Assembly: GCA_963828525.1 (NCBI GenBank)
Contig: CAWHEP010000010.1
Coordinates: 32,001-96,000 of the forward strand
Source: an uncultured Verrucomicrobiae bacterium
GTDB taxonomy: Bacteria; Verrucomicrobiota; Verrucomicrobiia; Chthoniobacterales; Chthoniobacteraceae
Direction: 5' to 3'
DNA: 64,000 nucleotides
The first letter of the stretch is position 1; every line of letters starts with the position of its first letter. The notes under the pieces were generated by a model. That model was not told the origin of the DNA and did not search any database. It was given only the letters and a program-made list of their open reading frames with translations. The position numbers and the translations under genes were made by a program. Positions 52,024 through 60,754 of this stretch are shown here, piece after piece.

Positions 52024-53127
52024 CTAAGCTGCCGCGAAGCCAGGCTGGTTGACCAGGCGCAGGCTGTTAATGGCGGCGCGAATCTCCAGCCGCAATTCCT
52101 TGAGCATCTCCCGCGTGACTTCCAGGTCTTCAGCGCGATGCTGTCCCCATTCACGGGCAATCTGCTGGAGGCGATCATAAGCATCCTTGATGACGCTATG
52201 CGTCTCCGCAGGGAGATTGGGCATGCCGAGCTTAACTTCGAGCTGGCGTTGTGCTTCCGCCAGTTCCGCCAGCAGAATCTTCTCCGAAGGCACTCGGCGC
52301 AGCTTGGTGACAAGACCCGCCTTTGACAGGAGCCAGATTGCCCACTTTGTGGGGTCATACTGCCAGGGCTTCACGCCATTGCGGTAGTCGTGCTGAAATT
52401 CGTGATGGTAGTTATGGTACCCTTCGCCAAAGGTGAAAAGGGCCATGAACCAGCTATCCCGCGCGGAACAGCGCGTCGAGTAGGGCCTGCTACCCACCGT
52501 GTGGCACATCGAGTTGATAAAAAAGGTGCTGTGCTGGACGGCCACCACACGCGCGATACCTGCGATGAGGAAGCTCCCTAGCGCTCCCTGCCACCCGTTC
52601 CACAGGTAGCCAAGGCAGGCTGGCATGACGAAGCTCATGAGGAACCCGATGAGGTAAATATTGCGATTCTGCCAGTTCACGATCTTGTCGCGCTGCAGAT
52701 CCGCCACGTTATCAAATGGGGGATCTGGGTCGATTTTGAAGAGCAACCAGCCTATATGCGCGAAAAAGAACCCCTTGGAAATGCTGTAGGGATCATCATC
52801 GTGATCCACGTGCTTATGGTGCCGCCGGTGTTCTGAACACCATAACAGCACAGAATTCTCGAACGCGGCGGCGCCGAAAAGGACGGTAAATAGCCGCACG
52901 GCCCAATGGGCTTGAAACGTAATATGGGAGAAAAGACGGTGATATCCCAGGGTAATGCTCATCCCCGTGGCGAAGAACATGAAGACGAAGAAAGCAACCT
53001 GGAAGCGATCCAGCCCAAACTTGAAAATGTAGGCGGGCGTGGCGGTCAGAGCGAGGATGAGCGTGCCTATAAGGAAGGAACTGGTCTTCCAGTTGATCTT
53101 CGAGGCTGGGATGCTGAGGATTTTCAT
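52024..53127 (-). CDS. Delta-9 acyl-CoA/acyl-lipid desaturase
   Basis: His boxes HRLFSH, HRRHH, GEGYHNYHH; FFINS.CH; DPTKW. Confidence 0.93.
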   Translation of the reverse strand: MKILSIPASKINWKTSSFLIGTLILALTATPAYIFKFGLDRFQVAFFVFMFFATGMSITLGYHRLFSHITFQAHWAVRLFTVLFGAAAFENSVLLWCSEHRRHHKHVDHDDDPYSISKGFFFAHIGWLLFKIDPDPPFDNVADLQRDKIVNWQNRNIYLIGFLMSFVMPACLGYLWNGWQGALGSFLIAGIARVVAVQHSTFFINSMCHTVGSRPYSTRCSARDSWFMALFTFGEGYHNYHHEFQHDYRNGVKPWQYDPTKWAIWLLSKAGLVTKLRRVPSEKILLAELAEAQRQLEVKLGMPNLPAETHSVIKDAYDRLQQIAREWGQHRAEDLEVTREMLKELRLEIRAAINSLRLVNQPGFAAA

Positions 53128-53320
53128 AAAGGGATGGGAACGCGAAACGGAACCATCCTCCTAACTTCCGATCAGCACCGAGGCAACAGTAAAATGCAGC
53201 GCCACCGGCCAATCGCAGCGGGATGGCTTGCGAATCGTGCGGTGGATAATATAATATTCCTCCTCAATTGCAAATAAAACATAGTGTGATTGCGAAAGCC
53301 GCGATACGTTCTGCGGCTTC

Positions 53321-54536
53321 ATGTCATTCAGAGATCTTGGGTTGTCGGACGAAGTTGTCCAAGGGGTACAGGCTATGGGGTATATCGACCCGACCCCGAT
53401 TCAGTTGCGAGCCTTCCCCGTTATACTAGGCGGCAGAGACCTTATAGGCTCGGCGCAGACCGGAACAGGAAAGACTGCCGCGTTCGGTCTCCCGATCCTC
53501 ACGAAGCTGCAGAAGCACGGCGCGTTGCGCTGTCTTGTCCTGGAGCCTACCCGGGAACTGGCGGCCCAAGTGGATACCGCTTTTCGCGACTTCGGGCGTT
53601 TCACCGACCTGCGAACCAGCGTGATCCACGGCGGAGTGGGCTACGGAAAGCAGCGGCAGGATCTACACGATGGGATTGATGTTGTAGTCGCCACGCCTGG
53701 GCGTCTCCTGGACCATATGGGTGAGGGAGCGATCAATCTGAAAGATGTGAACGTCCTCGTCCTTGACGAGGTGGATCGCATGCTGGACATGGGGTTTCTG
53801 CCTGATGTCCGGCGGATCATTGAGAAGGTGCCGAAAGAGCGGCAGACGCTTTTCTTCTCGGCCACCCTGCCTCCCGAGATCGAAGGTCTGACAAAATGGG
53901 TGCTGCGTGACCCCGAGATCATAGAAATCGGGATTCGTCAGTCGGCGGCGGAGACAGTGACTCACGCGCTTTACCCGGTTGCCCTCGATCAGAAATTCGA
54001 TCTTTTAGTGGCTTTGCTGGAGAAAACGAAATTCGACAGCGCGCTCATTTTCTGCCGGACAAAGCACGGAGCGGACAAAATTGCCGGTCGCCTGAAATCC
54101 GAGAAGCATGCCGTTGCGGTACTGCATTCGAACCGGACGCAGCGGGAGAGAGTTGAGGCGCTCGAAGGCTTCAAGTCGGGCAAGTATGAAGTCATGGTGG
54201 CAACCGATATCGCGGCGCGCGGGATCGATGTGGCTGGCGTGAGTCATGTCATCAACTACGATGTGCCCCAACACCCCGAAGACTACGTGCATAGGATTGG
54301 GCGCACTGGCCGCCGCGCAAAATGTCGGAGATGCTTTCACCCTGGTGACGGCTGAGGAGTTGGATGCTGTAAGAGCGATCGAGCGGTTTATCGGACAGAA
54401 GGTTCCCCGGCTCAAGCTGGAGAACTTCGCCTACCTCTACACCGCGCTTTTCAACGAAGAGTCCATCCCGCCCGGCGGCGCGGCCAAGGGCGGACGAACG
54501 CATGGCGGGTACTCGTTCGGCCGCAGGAAGAGGTAA
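53321..54536 (+). CDS. DEAD-box RNA helicase (RhlE-like), frameshift near 54312
   Basis: PTPIQ, AQTGTGKT, PTRELA, TPGR, DEVD, SAT, ARGID, HRIGRTGR; C-terminus in ORF 54246-54536. Confidence 0.93.
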
Positions 54537-54625
54537 CGCGGGAGTTCTGCGGCTTCCTGGTTTGCTAACGAAAGAAAGTAGTTTACTGCAACCGTAGGGA
54601 GGCTGGGAGTCGAACTAGGGAAACT

Positions 54626-54892
54626 ATGGATACACAAACTTCTAACTCTCGCGAACGTCACGCAGAAGGACCAATCGCCCGCGCGATTGAAGAACAAACC
54701 GCTAAACTGCCCTCCGATATCTTTCTTTGGGCGGCTCTCGGTTCAATCGCGGCGTCCCTTCTGTTCCAGAGCATGGGCAAACATCGCAACGCCTTGTTTG
54801 TCGGACAGTGGGTCCCGACTTTCATGCTGTTCGGCATCTACAACAAGCTCGTCAAGCAGCTTGGCTCAGACCGTACCGATAACGAGTTGTAG
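54626..54892 (+). CDS. Small conserved membrane protein
   Basis: EG..AR.IEEQTAKLPSD.FLWAA..ALFVGQW.PT..FGIYNKLVK..GSD; RBS-like AGGG upstream. Confidence 0.75.
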   Translation: MDTQTSNSRERHAEGPIARAIEEQTAKLPSDIFLWAALGSIAASLLFQSMGKHRNALFVGQWVPTFMLFGIYNKLVKQLGSDRTDNEL

Positions 54893-54900
54893 GCGCCTCC

Positions 54901-56227
54901 TCAGGCTGGCTTTGCTGCCAGGACAAACGTAGCGCCTTCCCTCGCGGCATCCACCGAGATGGATGAATTCCGCGCAAGCGCGCGTTCTTTGGCGCGGCTC
55001 GCCATTGCCTCCACCTGTTCGTCGTGATGGTCGGGATCGTGGTGGAATAAAAACAAGTTTTTGATTCCAGCCCGGATCGCGACATCAAGTGTATCATCCG
55101 CGCAGGTGTGGCCCCAGCCAATGCGCTTTGGATATTCCAATCCGTCATACTGCGAGTCGGCGATTAGAACTTCCGCGTTACGGATAAACGCGACCGTCTT
55201 TTCATCCTGCTCGCGGGCGTAGTTGATCGCTTCCGCGGAGTTCTCGCCCGCAAGCTTCTGACGTTCCGCTTCATACCGTTCGTACCCTTCGTGATCGGGC
55301 ATGTACACTATGTCGCCGTTGGGAGTGCATAGGCGGTTACCAAGACAGATGCCCGGGTGATTCGCGAAGATGGTGCGCACATTTACCGCCCCCAACTGGA
55401 ACTCCATATCCCCCAGTTCCTCGAACGTGACGTGGCTCGCCATCTGGTTCAGACCGACAGGGAAGAAGGCGCTCTGCATCTGCTCGAAGAGAGCGCCTCT
55501 CAGGCCATGAACAGCGCCTTCATAACCGAGGATTCGGACGCTGACACGCGGATTGTAGGCTGGGACGAAGAACGGAAAGCCCTGGATGTGATCCCAATGC
55601 GTGTGAGAGATGAGCATGGTTATGTTCAGGGGCTTATCCTTGAATTCGTTCATGAGCGACAGCCCCAGATTTCGAATGCCGGAGCCCGCGTCCAGAATGA
55701 TGATCTGGTCGCCGAAACGCACCTCGACGCAGGACGTGTTGCCCCCCACCTTCGCGGTCTCAAGGCCCGGTGTCGGAATCGAACCGCGGACGCCCCAAAA
55801 CCGGAGAGAAGTCGGACCCACCTCAGCTCCGGCGACGACGGCAGCCCGACCTGTCGATATTTTCTCCTTCGCAAACGCCGAGAGAGTTCTGCGAAGCTCC
55901 TCGGGCGCAATCGGCTTGACCACGAAATCATCAGCCCCGGCTTCAATGGCGGCATCACAGATCGTTGCCGAACCGGCTGACGCTGGTGAGCACAACGCGC
56001 GTCAGCTCCAATTGGGGCTGCTCCCGGATCAGGCGGCACACTTTGAAGCCGTTTCGCTTCGGAGTGCGGATATCGCAAAGAACCGCGTCGGGGCTCTCTT
56101 TCGACACCAAATCCAAGCCCGACTCGCCATTGTCTGCTTCAAGCACACGCCAGCCCTGTCCCGCGAGGCAATGGGAGAGCAGCGCGCGGGAGATCGGATC
56201 GCTGTCGATGAGGACGATGCTCTTCAT
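54901..56227 (-). CDS. Receiver domain fused to a metallo-beta-lactamase-fold (RNase Z/phosphodiesterase-like) hydrolase, frameshift near 55960
   Basis: Receiver (VLCDIRTP..NGF..C, GADDF.VKP) then FWGVRGSIPTP, GGNTSC, DAGSG, SHTHWDHIQG, HPG, GWGH, FHHDP. Confidence 0.88.
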
Positions 56228-57330
56228 GCGGCGGCTACCGTCGGAAGACGAATCCAGAAGGAGTTTCCCCCTCCCTCTCTCGGGGTGTAGCCGATCTCGC
56301 CGTTGCAGTTTTCCACCGCGATCATGCAGAAATGCAGGCGGAGGGTGGAAGTATGGCCCCGCGCCGCGCTGGCGTCGAACTTCAAGAAGAGCTTGTCGGT
56401 AATGGACGCGGGAAGCGAACTGCCGGTGTCATCCACCTGGAGGAGAACGGCGCCCGGTTCGACGCTGAGGGCCACAATTACGCGCTGGCCGGGCAGGGTA
56501 TGTTGCAGAGCGTTATCCAGCAGGTTTGTCACAACCCTCTCAAGGTGGCTGGAATCCGCGTGTACAACCGCCTGCCGGCACGCGGAATGCAAATCCAGAT
56601 ATACTCGCTTGTCCGCGAACCGCGAGCGCGCCGCTTCCACGGCATCGGCGGCGCTGACGACCAGATCGCCCTCGGCCCGCGCCGTGCCCGCGCGACCATA
56701 CAGCCCATTCATGTCGTCGGCGAACAAGCTGACGACACTGTTGATTAGGTTGCGCTGCTCCTGGGTCGCCAGGGAAGCGAGGTTGAGGTAATCCCGAATC
56801 TTTTGCTGGTCGTGTTCAGTCTCGATAAGCCACAGAGCCGTCATGATGTTCCCCGCTGCCGCGCTCATGTCTTCGGCCACACAATGAAGAAGGATTTCCT
56901 TCTTCTGCATTTCCGAATTCAACCGTTGATAAGCAATGACCGTTTCCCTGGCTTTTTGCAGGATCTCCTTTTTGGCGCTGAACGCGTCGCCCATCCGCTC
57001 CAGGAGAAGGACGGATTGGCCGTCGATGGTCAGGGCGCTGGCCTCAAGGGTGAGTTCGGAACCCTCAGTGTTTAGTTCCACCCATGGCCCGGATTGCGCG
57101 CGATCCCGTCCCGCTTCGGCCCACGCAACCTCGGCATCGACCATGAAGTTATCCATGAACGGCGACAACTCGGCGACTGCGAGCAAAGACTCAGGATCAT
57201 TTGTTGCTGGCCAAAGCAGCCGAAGCCATTCGGGCGCCCGCCCAGCCAGCCGCAGCAAACCAGGAGCCTCGCGCCTAAACAAAGCGAATCCGAGAGCTTC
57301 CAGCACCGAAGAATCCAGGTTCTCAGCCAT
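56224..57330 (-). CDS. Histidine-kinase-like protein with degenerate H-box and G2 box
   Basis: PAS-like N-terminus; HCVAEDM at the H-box; N-box NLLDNALQHT; G1 DDTG; G2 reads STLRLHFC; terminal FWIRLP. Confidence 0.8.
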   Translation of the reverse strand: MAENLDSSVLEALGFALFRREAPGLLRLAGRAPEWLRLLWPATNDPESLLAVAELSPFMDNFMVDAEVAWAEAGRDRAQSGPWVELNTEGSELTLEASALTIDGQSVLLLERMGDAFSAKKEILQKARETVIAYQRLNSEMQKKEILLHCVAEDMSAAAGNIMTALWLIETEHDQQKIRDYLNLASLATQEQRNLINSVVSLFADDMNGLYGRAGTARAEGDLVVSAADAVEAARSRFADKRVYLDLHSACRQAVVHADSSHLERVVTNLLDNALQHTLPGQRVIVALSVEPGAVLLQVDDTGSSLPASITDKLFLKFDASAARGHTSTLRLHFCMIAVENCNGEIGYTPREGGGNSFWIRLPTVAAA

Positions 57331-57337
57331 GCGCCTG

Positions 57338-57835
57338 TCAGCCTCCCGCCATCTCTGTAGCCAGATCGAGGAACGCCTGTTCGACTCCGGAATTTTCCTT
57401 GGCGCTGGTTCTGATGATCTTCCATCCGCCACTTTCAAGCGTGGCAATCCTCGCGTCGTCCACTTCCCACGCCGGGCTGAGGTCCGCCTTATTGAGGGCC
57501 AGGACACAGGGCGCGGGGCCGGCGCTCGATTCCACGCGGGCGCGTATTTCGACAACCTGATCGAGCGTACCCCCACGAGTTCCATCCGCGACGAAGAAGT
57601 AGCCGGCTGCTCCCCGCGCGTAGGACATCTGGAGCTTCTGAAAATCGTCATCTCCAGCCAAATCCCAGATCATCAGCATGACCTCCTTGTCGCTCAACTG
57701 GACGATTTTCTTGTCGATCTTCACCCCTACGGTGGTGAGATAGCTCTCGGAAAAAATGCTCCGCACGAATCTCGCTACGAGGCTTGTCTTCCCGACACCC
57801 GAGGCCCCTATCATGCACAGCTTTTTTTGGATCAT
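57338..57835 (-). CDS. Rab/Ras-like small GTPase (prokaryotic Rup-type)
   Basis: G1 GASGVGKTS, G2 YLTTVG, G3 WDLAG, G4 NKAD, G5 TSAK; 165 aa, stand-alone. Confidence 0.93.
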   Translation of the reverse strand: MIQKKLCMIGASGVGKTSLVARFVRSIFSESYLTTVGVKIDKKIVQLSDKEVMLMIWDLAGDDDFQKLQMSYARGAAGYFFVADGTRGGTLDQVVEIRARVESSAGPAPCVLALNKADLSPAWEVDDARIATLESGGWKIIRTSAKENSGVEQAFLDLATEMAGG

Positions 57836-60037
57836 GGAGTGGAACTAATGGGCTCGGAGACGGCGCGCAATTCGACACGCCGGTCGGCCTGCTCTGGGGC
57901 GGGCACTCCCACAAGGCTGCTCGCCGTCGGCTTGCCCAGACCGAGCGTTTTGAACATGGTGACATCCAGGCCGCAGGAAACGAGAAAATTTGTGACAGCA
58001 GCCGCTCGCCGCTGGCTAAGGTCCCGGTTTGCAGCCTCCGATCCCACCGCGTCCGCATGGCCCCGCACCTCGAACTGCACGCTCATCCCGAGCCGCTTGG
58101 CCGCCGTCTGGCAGCGGCGGATTTCATCCGGCAGGCGGGAGAGAGCCCCAAATCCTTCCGTCGCGAAGTTATCCTTGTTAACCAGAAAATAAATGAACGC
58201 GCTTTCGATGACAGTTTTGGCCTGCTGAAAAGCGCGTTGATCCAAATCGGTGAGGTTTCGCTGGTCGAGCGCATTCACACCAGGGATACGCGTTGCGCCC
58301 TGCCGGACCCGCGCGAGCCAGGCGTGCGGCGCGTCTCCAGAGAGCACCAGGGCGCGGCCCTGCATTGACGCGTTCACCGTGTCCGGAAGCGGATAGGCCT
58401 CCGCAAAGCGGCGCAAAGCCAGGGCCGGGTCAAAGAGGATCTCAAGATTCTTCTCCGACACCTCCCTTACTCCCGGGATGTGAAGGGCGCCGTCCCGAAC
58501 GGGAGCGATCCACTCGTAGGGCGCCTTGCCAAATAGCACAAGAACGCCGTCGGCAAAATCAACCGTAACGCCGGGAGGCGGCGGAAATGCCGCGGTAAAT
58601 CGCTCGCGAACCCTGGCAGGATCGTAAGTCACGGTGAGAGCCTGCTCGGTGAACCGGTTGACCCCGGCGATCTGCGGGGCTTCGCGCCGCACCCGGTCGA
58701 TCCACTCGTATGGCACTATGCCTGAAAGAGCCAGCAGCTCCGTTTGCAACCTCCACCCGGCAGCCCGCCGGGATGCCAAAGCGCTGCGCGAATCTCAACC
58801 GTATGCTGGTGGGATCCAGCGCGAGATATTCCTTCCAGTCGAATCGTATCTTCGCGGGGTCAACGTTCGCTTCGCGAGCCGCCTCACCGGGATCCCCCGC
58901 CAGCGGGTCGCGGAGCCCGGTGACGGTTGAGACCGAGAACCAATGCTGCCGCGCCGACGTGACAGCAATCCCCGGATCCTGTTCCAATCTCTCGAGGAAT
59001 TTGTGCCAGCGCAGATTTTCGCGGATTGCCAGGAGACCAGCGGCCAAAAGGAGAACAACGCCCGCCGCAATCGCCATCCAGGCCCGCGTGTTTCGGGCTT
59101 TATCCTCGCGCGGCTTCCTCTGCTCCCGCAGGCATGCTTCGAGTTCTGGCCGCAGGGGTTCGAACACCGCCGGATCTCCTTCGAAGCCCGCAAAAGCCGA
59201 ACCCATTTGCACATGGGCGCTGTCCAGGGTCTCCTCGAAAAGGACCCGCAGATCCCGAGGAGCACTTCCGTTAATCGCCGCGGCCAGGTAGGCGTATTGC
59301 CCGGGTACCACCCAGACTTCCTCTTGCCCAACGCGGAACTCATGCAGATCGGCCCCTTCGGCCCCCTTGAAAGCGTCGCGCGCGAAGTCGCGAATGGCGC
59401 TCAGCATTCCGGCAATCAAATCCGAATCCCGATCCAGCGAGGGATCCGCGCTCACGTGTAAAAGGCAGAGTCCCGTCTCGCGGTGAATCAGGAAAATCTG
59501 TTCCACGCGGTAAATGAGGCTCCGGAGCATCACCACCTCCGCGAACGTTTTTCCAGAACGCAGAGCTTCGATGCGCCACTTCAGTCCTTGCCACGAGAAA
59601 GTGTTATCAAGCGTCTGATTTAGAGTCTGGATCAGCCCGCGCAGGCTCTCGGCAATCGACCTGCGAACCAGCGGCCCGATGATCGGGTGAAGCATCTCCA
59701 CAAATATCCCGGGTCTCTTCTCAATCGAATCCTTGATGGATCCCTGCACAGCAGGCTGGAGCGCCCGCGTCAGTTCATCGCCCTTATCGCGGCTCAGGCG
59801 GATGGCCTGCGGCAGCACGCCCGAGATATCGGCAGCCCGCCGCTCGCGGTCGGCCACCCGGTCGGCGAGGTCGCGGAGCGCATCCTGTTCGCGACCCAGC
59901 AGGAGCCGGCGCAGTTCTTCGTAGTCGCTCTCCCGTCCTTCGTTCTCTCCACGGCCCCCGTTCAGATGCCGTTCTTGCAGGCCTTTTTCCTCCAGAAGGC
60001 GGCGGAGTTCCTCGAAGTCGTCCACCGGATTAGTCAC
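57832..60037 (-). CDS. Single-pass membrane protein: cytoplasmic helical and longin/roadblock-like region, TM, three BON-like repeats, OmpA-like domain (frameshift near 58738)
   Basis: ORF 58559-60037 joins ORF 57832-58779. OmpA motifs GHADAVG...N..LS.RRA..V and RRVE; TM AWMAIAAGVVLLLAAGLLAI. Confidence 0.82.
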
Positions 60038-60065
60038 AGATCAGCCAATGCATTGGCCGCCGGGA

Positions 60066-60632
60066 TCAGGATACGCCCGGAACCCGAAACTCGTTCTTCA
60101 ACCTGAGCGCGACCTCGTTCAGCATTTCCGCGAGAGCTTCGCGTCCGGCCATAGCCCCGCGAATTTGTTGGGACTCGTTCTCCAAGCCGCTCTTCATCTG
60201 CTCGTGCTTGGCCTTTATGTCGGCGCTCAGAAGCTTGGATTGTTCAAGAAGCTGTTCTCTCAAGTCATGCAGATCCTTGCCGGAACGCTCGTCAAGATTG
60301 CTCAATTTCAGCTCGAGGCCACGCGCGGTCTCCGCAAGCTCGCGAGCGCCTTTTTCGATTGCCTGTGATCGCTCCGAGTGCTCCGTCCGAATACGGTTGG
60401 TCAGCGACTCCACCTCTCCCTTCACGAAACCTTCCAGAGTATCCAGGCGTTTTTGCAAATCAGCCTGCAGCTCCGCGGCCTCTCGGGCGAGCCGCTCCTC
60501 CAACCGTGTAAAACGCCCATCGTAGTCCCGCATTTGCGAGCCAAAAAGGATGTTTCGGATGCGGTCAACATTGCCGCTCTCATTCAGCGAACCATTGCCG
60601 CCGTTAGCCAGATGAGCTTCTTCAGGATTCAT
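60066..60632 (-). CDS. Coiled-coil protein of the small-GTPase operon
   Basis: NVDRIRNILFGSQMRDY..RF..LE.RL followed by heptad-rich helices; start MNPEE at 60632. Confidence 0.8.
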   Translation of the reverse strand: MNPEEAHLANGGNGSLNESGNVDRIRNILFGSQMRDYDGRFTRLEERLAREAAELQADLQKRLDTLEGFVKGEVESLTNRIRTEHSERSQAIEKGARELAETARGLELKLSNLDERSGKDLHDLREQLLEQSKLLSADIKAKHEQMKSGLENESQQIRGAMAGREALAEMLNEVALRLKNEFRVPGVS

Positions 60633-60754
60633 ATGCGATTTTCCGTTTTGGTGATGCCGCGAGACCGTTCGGGCGCGTTTGTACCTCTCCCCGTTCAACA
60701 GAGTCAACCCTAATGAGAGCACTCGGAAGCAGTGCCGCGCCCCTCTAGTCCACC

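Noticed and set aside
56936..58192. 418-aa plus-strand ORF, and similar long antisense ORFs (16265-17215, 30386-31522, 31185-32225, 48239-49204)
   Set aside because: Shadow ORFs opposite well-supported genes in GC-rich DNA, with no recognisable motifs.
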